Shown: positions 50,094-60,175 of the stretch, in pieces
Layout of the letters: each line of letters opens with the position of its first letter
Position numbering within the stretch: the first letter of the stretch is position 1
Source: Clostridia bacterium
GTDB taxonomy: Bacteria; Bacillota; Clostridia; DUPQ01
NCBI GenBank assembly: GCA_041678685.1
Contig: JBAYNV010000002.1
Span: 246 to 64,245 of the forward strand
Direction of reading: 5' to 3'
DNA: 64,000 bases
Notes under the pieces: generated by a model
Database searches by the model: none
The model's input: the letters and a program-made list of their open reading frames with translations, nothing else
What the model was told of the DNA's origin: nothing
Position numbers and translations under genes: made by a program

Positions 50094-51313
50094 ACAAGAC
50101 GATTTTCGATAAAAACAGAATATACATATTTGACGGATCGAAAGGATATATGCTGCAAAAAGCAGGATTGAAAAAAAATGAAGCTGCAGAGGAATACAAT
50201 ATCACAAATCCTGATATCGTTGAGAATATCTATAGGATGTACTGCGATGCGGGAAGCGATATCATACAAACTAACACATTGTGCTCAAACTCGGTATTCC
50301 TTAAGCGTCACGGGCTGGAGGACAAACTTGATCAGATCAATGAAGCAGGTATCGAACTTGCCAGAAAAGCAGTAAATGGCAGGGACATTCTTGTAGCAGC
50401 GTCAATAGGGCCCATCGGTGAGCTTTTAGCACCAAACGGTAACATGGGATTTGATCAGGCTTATGATATTTTCAAGGAACACATATATGCATGCAGAGGT
50501 GCTGATATCATCAATTTTGAGACCTTTTCAGATCTGAAGGAGATGAGGATCGCTCTTCTGGCAAACCAGGAGACGATCAACAAATCTGTAATCTGTAATA
50601 TGACATATGAAAAGAATGCGATGACTTTAATGGGTAATCCGCCTTATGTATGTGCGGGACTGCTTAAAAAAATGGGAGCGGATGTAGTAGGCGTGAACTG
50701 CTCATACGGCCCGGAATCAATGAGCGTTATCTTAAAGTCTATGGCTTCTTTTGAGGATTTTCTGTGTGTAAAACCAAATGCCGGGAAACCCGTATATATC
50801 GAAGGCAAAGCCGTTTATATGCAAAGCAGGGAGGATTTCTGCAGTTATTCAGGAGACCTTGTTCAATACAACATAGGAATAATTGGCGGCTGCTGCGGCA
50901 CTACTCCTGATTATATATGCGGTATGAAGGATATAAAGGATCAAAAGAGGATCATAAGTATACCGGGTGATAAGGGCAACTACATATTTTCACAGTATGA
51001 AGTACTGGATATGGACAGGGAATATTCCTGTTATGAATGGGAAATAGGAGACAGCGGAATCGCTTTCTATCTTGATATGGTATACGATATTTGCGATAAG
51101 GAAAAAGATGCATATATACTGAAGTATAACGGTAATGACAGCAGATTCTTTGCTGATTTTACCGACAATGTACAGAGTATAATTAAAAAACCTCTTATCT
51201 TTTCATGCAGCGACCAGAATGTGCTTGATGCTGCGCTAAGGGTATATAGCGGAATCGCCGGAGTAACACAGAATCATAAAGGCCGCTATGGGTCGGTCAA
51301 AATAAGTAAATAA
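50090..51313 (+). CDS. homocysteine S-methyltransferase (Hcy-binding) domain protein with ~125-aa C-terminal extension
   Basis: IFDGSKGYMLQ, QTNTL, GVNCS, IGGCCGTTPDYI (MetH Hcy-domain/BHMT-type zinc site). Start overlaps the queH stop (ATGA). Confidence 0.7.
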   Translation: MNKTIFDKNRIYIFDGSKGYMLQKAGLKKNEAAEEYNITNPDIVENIYRMYCDAGSDIIQTNTLCSNSVFLKRHGLEDKLDQINEAGIELARKAVNGRDILVAASIGPIGELLAPNGNMGFDQAYDIFKEHIYACRGADIINFETFSDLKEMRIALLANQETINKSVICNMTYEKNAMTLMGNPPYVCAGLLKKMGADVVGVNCSYGPESMSVILKSMASFEDFLCVKPNAGKPVYIEGKAVYMQSREDFCSYSGDLVQYNIGIIGGCCGTTPDYICGMKDIKDQKRIISIPGDKGNYIFSQYEVLDMDREYSCYEWEIGDSGIAFYLDMVYDICDKEKDAYILKYNGNDSRFFADFTDNVQSIIKKPLIFSCSDQNVLDAALRVYSGIAGVTQNHKGRYGSVKISK

Positions 51314-51335
51314 CATTAAGGGATCGTCGTGTTAT

Positions 51336-53141
51336 CTAAAAATTTTCGAATTTAGACAGAGTAAAACGGAATACAGATCCGTTTGTTCCGTCGCTTTCAG
51401 CCCAAAGTTTTTCATTCATGTGGATAAGAGTTTCTTTTGCTATTGAAAGTCCCAGACCCGAACCGCTATGTGTCCTTGATTTATCGGATTTATAGAACCT
51501 GTCGAAAATATACGGAAGATCATCCTTACTTATACCGCAGCCATTGTCTTCTACAGAGACAACATACTTGTTTTGGTCTTCGCTCACGCTGATCCTGACA
51601 GCACTTGATTCGTCTGAGAACTTCACGGCATTGTCAAGCAAAATGGTCATGATCTGATCGATCCTATCCATATTACCGTTTACATATATCGGTTCTTCGG
51701 GGATATCGCATTTAATCACCATGTTTTTACTGTTCTTTGTGAATGCGAATCTGTCTGCCTGATCGCGTATGACATCGGTCAGATTTACTTTTTCAGATGC
51801 AAATATATCCGAGGAGGACTGGAGCCTTGATAATACCAGAAGATCATTTATAAGTCTGTTCAGACGGTTCACTTCCATGGATATAAGATCATAATACCTC
51901 TGGCGTTTTGCAGGTTCAGTGACGATACCATCCCTTAAGGGATCGATAAGACCCATAACGCCTGTCAGAGGCGTTTTTAATTCATGTGATACATTAGCGA
52001 CATAATCACGCCTTGTCTGTTCAAGTCTGACTTCTTTTGTGATATCGCTGAAGATACCGACAGCTCCGATCACGATGCGGTTCACAAGAAGCGGGGTGAT
52101 CACTATGAAAATATTGATGCCATTGAAAAAATAAGTTTTCTCTATTGTCGAATTTTCAGTTATTGAAATATCAAAATCTGTCCAGACATCATTAATAGGT
52201 ATTATATTTTCCTTTAACGTATCTTTCATATCGGTATTAAAAAGCTTTGAGACAGCAGGATTTATCACGATGATAGAGCCCTTTGTATCAAGGCATATGA
52301 TCCCTTCATTCATACCGTTCAGGACTCCTTTTAAAATATTACGTTCGCGTACAAGCTGGTCCATATTATTGGAAAGCTCCGAAGCCAGATGGTTCATAGC
52401 GATCGACAGTTGTCCTATTTCACCAGGATATTTTTCTTCCGCTTTTACTGTAAAATCACCTTTTTCCATCGATATCGCTATATCACGGATCTGCATGAGA
52501 GGTTTGGTAATACTTTTAGAAAATAGATAAATTGGAAAAAGCATCAGGATAAATACGACGATCATTGATATTATAAGGGACTTTGTGATATTAGAAAGCT
52601 CCATGCTTATATCATCGACGAATTTGCATATGGTTATTGTCGCTTCAATGGTTCCGTTATCGGAATATATAGGACGCATAATGATTATCATTTCCGAACC
52701 GAAATCATTATCTTTATTTTCAATGGTGAAGTATTGGCCTGTCATTACTTTTTTGATATACACACTTAAATAATCTTTATAAAACTTATCCATAGCTTTT
52801 TTATCGAATTGGATATTCGCATTTTCACTTTTTGGTACATATGAGTATATTTCAACATTAAGTTTGTCGCTGACGACTACATAGCTGCTGAGTATTGTGG
52901 ATTCAGCCTGAAAAACCTTGTCGAAAAATTTATCCAGTATATCCCTTGTCATCCATTCGGTCGGTATCAGGGTAGCAAGCATGTCTGTTTCCTCTTCCAG
53001 CCTGTTTATCTGGTTTTCAACGAATATCTTCTCAGAGGATATAGAATACATTACAATTGTTGAGATCAGAGCGATAATGATGATAAAAATCACCAGAAAA
53101 ACTATACGGATAAAAAACGGCTTATTCAGAAGTCTAGTCAT
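51336..53141 (-). CDS. sensor histidine kinase (TM-sensor-TM, HAMP, HisKA, HATPase_c)
   Basis: VANVSHELKTPL (H-box), DNGCGISKDDLPYIFDRFYK, GSGLGLSI; overlaps the response-regulator gene. Confidence 0.85.
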   Translation of the reverse strand: MTRLLNKPFFIRIVFLVIFIIIIALISTIVMYSISSEKIFVENQINRLEEETDMLATLIPTEWMTRDILDKFFDKVFQAESTILSSYVVVSDKLNVEIYSYVPKSENANIQFDKKAMDKFYKDYLSVYIKKVMTGQYFTIENKDNDFGSEMIIIMRPIYSDNGTIEATITICKFVDDISMELSNITKSLIISMIVVFILMLFPIYLFSKSITKPLMQIRDIAISMEKGDFTVKAEEKYPGEIGQLSIAMNHLASELSNNMDQLVRERNILKGVLNGMNEGIICLDTKGSIIVINPAVSKLFNTDMKDTLKENIIPINDVWTDFDISITENSTIEKTYFFNGINIFIVITPLLVNRIVIGAVGIFSDITKEVRLEQTRRDYVANVSHELKTPLTGVMGLIDPLRDGIVTEPAKRQRYYDLISMEVNRLNRLINDLLVLSRLQSSSDIFASEKVNLTDVIRDQADRFAFTKNSKNMVIKCDIPEEPIYVNGNMDRIDQIMTILLDNAVKFSDESSAVRISVSEDQNKYVVSVEDNGCGISKDDLPYIFDRFYKSDKSRTHSGSGLGLSIAKETLIHMNEKLWAESDGTNGSVFRFTLSKFENF

Positions 53142-53823
53142 CCATAGCCTCGAATTTATAACCTACACCATAAATAGTCTGAATACATTTCTGCATACTG
53201 TCCGGAAGTTTTGCGCGTATCCTCTTTATATGCGTATCTATCGTTCTGGTATCACCTACATATTCGTATCCCCATATCGCATCCATTATCTGCTCACGTG
53301 AAAATACGATCTGAGGATTGGAAACGAGCAGGAAAAGGACTTCTACTTCCTTAGGAGTTGCATGAGTCTGAACACCATTTATGAAAATGGAATATCTTGT
53401 GATGTTGACCTCAAGCTGCTTATATCTGACAACATCAGATATATTATGTTCTTTAGTGAATTTGGTTCTGCTTAAAACTGCTTTGATCCTGGCAATGACT
53501 TCTCTTGCGCTGAAAGGTTTTACAATGTAATCATCGGCGCCAAGATCGAAGCCGAGCAGTCTGTCGACTTCCTCGCCTTTTGCTGTAAGCATTATGATCG
53601 GTATTTCGCTTTTTTCTTTAATTGCCAGGCAGACATCCGTACCGCTCATTTTAGGCATCATGATGTCAAGTATGACTATATCAAAAGACTGTTCCTTAAA
53701 CATTCTCAAGGCTTCCTCTCCGTCCATAGCTGAGCTGTGATCAAAATCATATTGATCGAAATAAACACCCAATGCCTCATGGACAATGGGATCATCATCA
53801 CATATAAGAACATTAACTTTCAT
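53134..53823 (-). CDS. OmpR-family response regulator
   Basis: Receiver VLICDDD...DIVILDIMMP; winged-helix VFSREQIMDAIWG...RTIDTHIKRIRAKL. Confidence 0.9.
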   Translation of the reverse strand: MKVNVLICDDDPIVHEALGVYFDQYDFDHSSAMDGEEALRMFKEQSFDIVILDIMMPKMSGTDVCLAIKEKSEIPIIMLTAKGEEVDRLLGFDLGADDYIVKPFSAREVIARIKAVLSRTKFTKEHNISDVVRYKQLEVNITRYSIFINGVQTHATPKEVEVLFLLVSNPQIVFSREQIMDAIWGYEYVGDTRTIDTHIKRIRAKLPDSMQKCIQTIYGVGYKFEAMDD

Positions 53824-53886
53824 ATTTTAACCTCTTGATGTCCATTATAACAAAAATATCTGTATGGGGCAAACGCCTGTTAAGAG

Positions 53887-53895
53887 TGGTATAAT
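53887..53895 (+). promoter_or_regulatory. putative extended -10 promoter (TGgTATAAT) for the MalY/PatB-type lyase gene
   Basis: TGGTATAAT lies 24 nt upstream of the TTG start. Confidence 0.3.
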
Positions 53896-53918
53896 ATCTG
53901 CGAAAGGCGGCACGGAAC

Positions 53919-55127
53919 TTGAAAACTTATAATTTTGACAGAGTCATAGACAGGCATAATACGAATTCACTTAAATATGATTATCCTGAAGATTTCGGAT
54001 ACACAAATGAGCATCTGCCTCTATGGGTAGCAGATATGGATTTTACGGTCGCAGATGAGATCAAAGAAGCTTTACATAAAACTAATGCGTTAGGCATATT
54101 CGGTTACACGAAAATGCCGGAAAAATATTTTGATGTAGTATCAGGCTGGATGATCAGACACCATAATTTCAAAACTGAAAGAGAATGGATGATCACTACG
54201 CCCGGAGTTGTTTTCTCATTGTCGACTGCGATACGTGCTCTTACTGAAACAGGTGATGCTGTTATCATACTGACTCCTGTGTACAGTCCCTTCAGACGCG
54301 TGGTGGAAAATAACAACAGGAAACTGATCAAAAGCTCCCTTATATATAATAACGGCAGATATACCATAGATTATGCTGATTTTGAAAAACAGATAATCAG
54401 CAACAGCGTAAAACTTTTCATTCTATGCAACCCTCATAATCCTGTAGGCAGGGTGTTTACAAAAGATGAACTTATAAGGATCGGTCATATATGCCGTAAA
54501 CATAATGTCATCATAGTATGCGATGAGATACATGAAGACTTCATATATGAACCAAACAGGCATATCGTAATAGCTGATCTTAACAGTGATTTTGAACAGA
54601 GGTGCGTAATATGCACAGCTCCAAGCAAAACATTCAATATTGCCGGGCTGGAGATTTCCAATATTTTCATCCCTAACCCGGATATTAGGAAGAGATTTAA
54701 GGATGAGCTTGTCCGCATGTCGGCAGGGATGGTCAATTCAATGGGTATCATAGCTACGATGGCCGCATATAAATATGGCGATGAATGGCTTTCGCAGTTA
54801 CTTGCATATCTCAAGGGTAATGTGGATTATGTTCGGGAGTTTCTGACTAAAAACACACCTAAAATAAAACTGGTGGAGCCTGAAGGAACATATCTCATAT
54901 GGATTGACTGTAAGGATATGGGAATGTCAAATGCGCAGGTCAACAGTTTCTTTAAGGATGAAGCAAAACTGTTTCTTGATACCGGGGACATATTCGGATC
55001 TGAAGGGGAGTGCTTCCAACGAATAAATATTGGGACAAACCGGAAAATGCTTGAAAGTGCCATGAACAGGATAAAATGTGCATACAAAAAGCTTTTTTCT
55101 GATAAGGAAAATGTAAAGGTTGAATAA
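53919..55127 (+). CDS. MalY/PatB-family PLP-dependent C-S lyase (cystathionine beta-lyase-type aminotransferase fold)
   Basis: YNFDRVIDRHNTNSLKYD N-terminus typical of MalY/PatB; PLP lysine region SKTFNIAG. Confidence 0.85.
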   Translation: MKTYNFDRVIDRHNTNSLKYDYPEDFGYTNEHLPLWVADMDFTVADEIKEALHKTNALGIFGYTKMPEKYFDVVSGWMIRHHNFKTEREWMITTPGVVFSLSTAIRALTETGDAVIILTPVYSPFRRVVENNNRKLIKSSLIYNNGRYTIDYADFEKQIISNSVKLFILCNPHNPVGRVFTKDELIRIGHICRKHNVIIVCDEIHEDFIYEPNRHIVIADLNSDFEQRCVICTAPSKTFNIAGLEISNIFIPNPDIRKRFKDELVRMSAGMVNSMGIIATMAAYKYGDEWLSQLLAYLKGNVDYVREFLTKNTPKIKLVEPEGTYLIWIDCKDMGMSNAQVNSFFKDEAKLFLDTGDIFGSEGECFQRINIGTNRKMLESAMNRIKCAYKKLFSDKENVKVE

Positions 55128-55187
55128 ATTCTTGACAAAAAGGCCTATATCACCTTATTATGAATAAAATATTGAGAGGTATTAATC

Positions 55188-56453
55188 ATGTTAGATATCA
55201 TTCGCATCAGAAACAATAAAGAAGAAGTCGAGCAGGCATTGCTTAAGAGAAACTTAAGAGTGGATTTCACGGAGTTGCTCGAATGGGATACAAAACGCAG
55301 GCAGAATATTTATGAAGTCGAGCAGATGAAAGCTCAGAAGAATGTAGTTTCCAATGATATTCCCAAACTTAAGAAGCAGGGGTTGGAGGTTTCGAAACTT
55401 CTTGATGAAATGAAAATACTTTCAACAAGGATATCTTCATATGAGTGTGATATCACAGAACTAGAAACAAAGATCAGGGAATTCCTTGAAGTGCTTCCGA
55501 ATACTCCGGCTGCGGATGTTGAAGCAGGTGATGAGACACATAATAAACCTGTGAAATATGTAGGTGAAAAACCTGTATTTGGCTTTGTACCCAGAGATCA
55601 TGTGGCGCTTTGCGAGCATCTCGATATGATAGATTACAAACGCGGTGTTAAAATGGGAGGCAACGGTTTCTGGATATACAAAAAAGACGGTGCTTTACTG
55701 GAATGGGCTTTACTGAACTATTTTATTACGGAGCATATAAAAGACGATTATGAATTTATGCTTCCTCCTCACATATTGAATTATGATTGCGGTTATACCG
55801 CAGGGCAGTTCCCGAAATTCAAGGAAGATGTGTTTAAAGTTGAAGAGGGAGGCCAGTTTCTGCTCCCTACAGCGGAAACTGCTCTGATCAACTTTCATCG
55901 AAATGAAGTTTTAAAGGAAGAAGAGCTTCCGAAGAAATATTTCGCATATACACCCTGCTACAGAAAAGAAGCTGGCAGTTACCGTGCGGAGGAAAGAGGC
56001 ATGATAAGAGGCCATCAGTTTAATAAGGTCGAGATGTTCCAGTATACATTGCCGGAAAAGAGCGAGGATGCATTTACCGAGCTTGTGAATAAGGCTGAAA
56101 AACTTATGACAGGTTTGGGACTGCACTTCAGGATCAGTAAACTTGCAGCGGGAGACTGCTCACATTCCATGGGGAAGACATACGATATCGAAGTATGGAT
56201 CCCAAGTATGGGGATATATAAGGAAGTCAGTTCGGTATCCAATGCTTACGATTATCAGGCTATAAGAGGGAATATGAGATTTAAAAGGACAGTTACAGGA
56301 AAGAATGAATATCTGCATACTTTAAACGGATCAGGTCTTGCCACATCCAGAGTGTTTCCCGCGATTTGCGAACAGTTCCAGAATGCTGACGGATCTGTAA
56401 CAGTTCCGGAGGTTCTGAGAAAATGGGTAGAAAAAGAAAGAATCACCATATAA
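55188..56453 (+). CDS. serS: seryl-tRNA synthetase
   Basis: N-terminal coiled-coil arm; class II motifs FRKEAGS, GHQFNKVEMF, GSGLATSR. Confidence 0.95.
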   Translation: MLDIIRIRNNKEEVEQALLKRNLRVDFTELLEWDTKRRQNIYEVEQMKAQKNVVSNDIPKLKKQGLEVSKLLDEMKILSTRISSYECDITELETKIREFLEVLPNTPAADVEAGDETHNKPVKYVGEKPVFGFVPRDHVALCEHLDMIDYKRGVKMGGNGFWIYKKDGALLEWALLNYFITEHIKDDYEFMLPPHILNYDCGYTAGQFPKFKEDVFKVEEGGQFLLPTAETALINFHRNEVLKEEELPKKYFAYTPCYRKEAGSYRAEERGMIRGHQFNKVEMFQYTLPEKSEDAFTELVNKAEKLMTGLGLHFRISKLAAGDCSHSMGKTYDIEVWIPSMGIYKEVSSVSNAYDYQAIRGNMRFKRTVTGKNEYLHTLNGSGLATSRVFPAICEQFQNADGSVTVPEVLRKWVEKERITI

Positions 56454-56454
56454 A

Positions 56455-57696
56455 ATGAATTACTTCAGTGAAGATACACTTTTCTATAAATCATATAAAC
56501 CATCCGAACTCCTCAGGAAGTATGGTTCGCCTTTATATGTCTATAATGAAGATATATTAAGAAAAAGTGCCAGAGATCTTAAAAATCTGGTGGATCTTCC
56601 AAATTACGAAGTATCATATTCAATAAAAGCGAATTCTAATCTGCATATTCTGAGAATATTGAAGGAAGAAGGCCTGCATGCCGATGCTATGAGTGACGGC
56701 GAGATATACATTTTAAATGAAGCAGGTTTTAAAAATGAGAATATATTCTATGTGTGTAATAATGTTTCTGCTGAGGAAATGAAGTATGCGCATGACAGAG
56801 GAATAATGATAAGCGTCGATTCATTATCACAGCTTAGAACTTACGGTATGAATTTCCCAGGTACAAAAGTGGCTGTCAGACTGAATCCGGGAATAGGTGT
56901 CGGGCATCATCAGAAAGTCGTTACCGGAGGGAAAACCACAAAGTTCGGTATAAATCTGGATATGATCCCGAACATAAAAGCCATTGAGTCTGAATTCGGC
57001 CTTACCATATCAGGTATCAACCAGCATTTGGGCTCATTGTTCATGTCAAGCATCGAATACCTCAGGGGAGTGAATGAACTTCTTGAGACAGCTTTACAGT
57101 TTAGGAATCTGGAATTCCTGGATTTCGGCGGAGGATTCGGTATCCCTTATGAAAAGCAGAACGGGCAGGAAAGGCTTGAGCTTATAGAATTTGGTAAAAA
57201 GCTGACAGAGGTCCTGCGAAATTGGCAGGAAACAAATGATAAGCACATAATATTCAGGTGCGAACCTGGCAGATATATAGTAGCTGAATCGTCTATTCTG
57301 CTAGGAAGCGTATATGCAAAGAAGAGCAATTATGAGAAACTGTTCATAGGAACCGACATCGGTTTTTCCGTCCTTATACGTCCTGCCATGTATGGATCCC
57401 ATCATGATATAGAAGTATACAGAAATGATGAGCTTGTACGGGATGATGTAAAGGAAACAGTGAATATAACAGGTAATATATGCGAAAGCGGAGATATACT
57501 TGCAGAAGAAAGAGAACTTCCTGTGATAACTGAAGGCGACATATTGGGAGTAATGGATGCGGGAGCATACGGTTACTCAATGAGCTCGAACTATAATAAC
57601 AGAATGCGTCCGGCTGAAGTGATGATCTTAAGCGACGGAAGCCTTAAACTTATACGAAGAAGAGATACTTACGAGGATCTTGTAAGAGGATTTTAG
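56455..57696 (+). CDS. lysA: diaminopimelate decarboxylase (PLP fold-III)
   Basis: YSIKANSN (PLP Lys), GGGFGIPY, EPGRYIVAES, CESGD. Confidence 0.85.
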   Translation: MNYFSEDTLFYKSYKPSELLRKYGSPLYVYNEDILRKSARDLKNLVDLPNYEVSYSIKANSNLHILRILKEEGLHADAMSDGEIYILNEAGFKNENIFYVCNNVSAEEMKYAHDRGIMISVDSLSQLRTYGMNFPGTKVAVRLNPGIGVGHHQKVVTGGKTTKFGINLDMIPNIKAIESEFGLTISGINQHLGSLFMSSIEYLRGVNELLETALQFRNLEFLDFGGGFGIPYEKQNGQERLELIEFGKKLTEVLRNWQETNDKHIIFRCEPGRYIVAESSILLGSVYAKKSNYEKLFIGTDIGFSVLIRPAMYGSHHDIEVYRNDELVRDDVKETVNITGNICESGDILAEERELPVITEGDILGVMDAGAYGYSMSSNYNNRMRPAEVMILSDGSLKLIRRRDTYEDLVRGF

Positions 57697-57783
57697 CAAA
57701 TCATGTTCCATACAGGATAGTTTTATAAACAGATATGGAATATAATATATCTGTTCCTATTATTTCGTTCGGAGGGTCGATTT

Positions 57784-59088
57784 ATGAATACAATGATCAA
57801 AAATGCAGATATTCTGACTATGGATGATGATTTTACCATTCTTAAAAATCAGGTCATTTGCGTAGAGAATGACCGTATAGTGTACATAGGTGAAGACGAA
57901 CCTTTTTTCTTTCTTCCAAACAGAATGATAAATGCCAAAGGCAAGATAGTCATGCCCGGACTGGTCAATGCTCATACTCATTGCGCGATGACTCTTATGA
58001 GAAACAGATCAAATGATCTGCCTCTTGAAAGATGGCTGCAGGAAGGTATATTTCCTGTTGAAGCAAAACTGACATATAAGGATGTATATGCCGGAGCAAT
58101 GCTTGGCATAACTGAAATGATCAAAAGCGGAACGGTCGCATATCTTGATATGTATTACATACATGAAGCATCGCTTGAAGCAATCGAGAGTACAGGTATA
58201 AGGGCAAATCTTTCATATGGAGTTTCTACATCAAGCAAGGTAAAGGAACTTGGAAAAGAAGGAGCCTTGCAATACTGTGTTGACTTTCTGACTCAGAACA
58301 AGAACAGATTCAAAGGCAGAGTGAATACATCCGTCGAAGTCCATTCGGTTTATCTTGTGGATGAACCGGAATTGGTATTGAGCGCTAAGATATCAGAAAA
58401 TACCGGTACGCTTATACATATACATCTTCATGAAACTGAAACAGAAGTGGCAAACTGTATCAGCCGGTATGGTATGACGCCTATCCAGCTGTGCAAAAAA
58501 ACAGGCATCCTGGACCGTCCCGTGACTGCAGCACATACGGTAGCGGTAAATGATGAAGATATGGTGCTTTTAAAGGAAAAGAATGTGATCCCAGTACATA
58601 ATCCGTCAAGTAATATGAAACTGGGGAGCGGATTTGCGAATGTACCCAAAATGATTCAAATGGGTATTCCAGTTGCTTTAGGAACCGACGGAGCCGCAAG
58701 TAACAATACACTGGATATGTTTATGGAAATGCATATAGCATCAATAATACATAAGGGATATACACATGACTATTCAGTCATGAATGCAAAAGAAGTACTG
58801 AAAATGGCTACCAGGAACGGTGCCAAAGCATTGGGATTCAATGACACAGGAATGATCAGGGTCGGAATGAAATGCGATCTGATGATCATCGATACGAATA
58901 GTGTGAACATGGTGCCTTTCCATGATCCGGTATCCGCTTTAGTATACAGTGCAAGAGCGACTGATGTCGATACTGTGATGGTAAACGGGGAGATCCTGAT
59001 GCAGGGCAGAGAACTGAAGACGATCGATGAGGAAAAAGTGAAATTTGAAGCCGGCAGAGTAGCAAAACGCTTGTATTCAGAATTTTGA
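57784..59088 (+). CDS. mtaD: amidohydrolase, 5-methylthioadenosine/S-adenosylhomocysteine deaminase (MtaD)-like
   Basis: MPGLVNAHTHCAMTLMR metal-binding motif; HLHE; DGAASNN. Confidence 0.8.
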   Translation: MNTMIKNADILTMDDDFTILKNQVICVENDRIVYIGEDEPFFFLPNRMINAKGKIVMPGLVNAHTHCAMTLMRNRSNDLPLERWLQEGIFPVEAKLTYKDVYAGAMLGITEMIKSGTVAYLDMYYIHEASLEAIESTGIRANLSYGVSTSSKVKELGKEGALQYCVDFLTQNKNRFKGRVNTSVEVHSVYLVDEPELVLSAKISENTGTLIHIHLHETETEVANCISRYGMTPIQLCKKTGILDRPVTAAHTVAVNDEDMVLLKEKNVIPVHNPSSNMKLGSGFANVPKMIQMGIPVALGTDGAASNNTLDMFMEMHIASIIHKGYTHDYSVMNAKEVLKMATRNGAKALGFNDTGMIRVGMKCDLMIIDTNSVNMVPFHDPVSALVYSARATDVDTVMVNGEILMQGRELKTIDEEKVKFEAGRVAKRLYSEF

Positions 59089-59106
59089 TGAGGAGGTAAT
59101 TGTCAT

Positions 59107-60138
59107 ATGCAACACAGGATAACCGAAAAAAAACCATTGCTTAATGGATCAGGCAGCTTGAATGAATGTGGATATGCCACCGGATTGATACTTGATTACA
59201 ACAGAAAAGATATAAAAGCCAGGCAGATGAGGATCAAGGAGTGGGATTACTATCTGATCAGCAACAGCAGATTCGCTTTAGCGCTTACTATAGATGACAA
59301 CTCATATATGGGTCTGGATTCCGTTTCCTTCCTTGATTTTGAAAAAGCATGGGAGCATACTTCTTCGCCTATGCAGTTCATGACCAAAGGCAGAAAGAAC
59401 CTGCCTCCTACATCAGACAAAGGGGATATCGTCAGTAGCGGTAAAGGGTACAGGATAGAGTTTTTAAATGACGGCAAAAGCAGAAAACTGTCTGTCCGTA
59501 TGGATGATTTCATGAATAAGATACCTTTGAAAGCAGAGATCGTTCTTTATGAGGCACCGCAGGAATCAATGGTCATCGCTACTCCTTTCAAAGACGATAC
59601 TCTTGCTTTTTACTATAATCAGAAGATCAACTGTATGAAAGCTAAAGGATATATTGATTTTAATAATGTAAAATACGAATTCGATCCATCCGATTCGATG
59701 GCTGTATTGGATTGGGGAAGAGGAGTATGGACATATAAGAACAGCTGGTACTGGGGATCCGGTTCAGGATATGTTAACGGTATACCTTTTGGATTCAATA
59801 TAGGTTATGGCTTTGGCGATACTTCGAAAGCTTCTGAAAATATGCTTTTTTATAATGGTAAAGCCCACAAACTTGATAAGGTGGATTTCATGATCCCTCA
59901 TACGGGCGACAGGTATGATTTCATGTCTCCATGGAAATTTACGAGTAATGACAACAGGTTCGTGATGGATTTCATTCCGATACTTGACAGAGCCTCCTGT
60001 ACATCGTTAGCGATAATAAAGAGCGATCAGCATCAGGTCTTCGGGAGGTTCACAGGCACTGCTGTGCTTGATGACGGAACAGTGATAAACATCAAGGATT
60101 TTATCGGGTTTGCTGAAAAAGTGTTTAATAAATGGTAG
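59107..60138 (+). CDS. hypothetical protein (DUF2804-like by recollection)
   Basis: 343-aa ORF with RBS GAGGAGG; no motif recognised with certainty. Confidence 0.4.
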   Translation: MQHRITEKKPLLNGSGSLNECGYATGLILDYNRKDIKARQMRIKEWDYYLISNSRFALALTIDDNSYMGLDSVSFLDFEKAWEHTSSPMQFMTKGRKNLPPTSDKGDIVSSGKGYRIEFLNDGKSRKLSVRMDDFMNKIPLKAEIVLYEAPQESMVIATPFKDDTLAFYYNQKINCMKAKGYIDFNNVKYEFDPSDSMAVLDWGRGVWTYKNSWYWGSGSGYVNGIPFGFNIGYGFGDTSKASENMLFYNGKAHKLDKVDFMIPHTGDRYDFMSPWKFTSNDNRFVMDFIPILDRASCTSLAIIKSDQHQVFGRFTGTAVLDDGTVINIKDFIGFAEKVFNKW

Positions 60139-60175
60139 AATTAATACGACATAAAGAAATATAGGAGGATTTGGA

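Noticed and set aside
51336-53823. Two-component system as part of a novel module
   Set aside because: Standard overlapping OmpR-type RR / HAMP-HisKA kinase pair with no unusual neighbours. It is divergent from a MalY/PatB lyase; ordinary.
55128-55187. T-box leader upstream of serS
   Set aside because: The gap is only ~60 nt, far too short for a T-box (~250 nt); no specifier/antiterminator structure seen.
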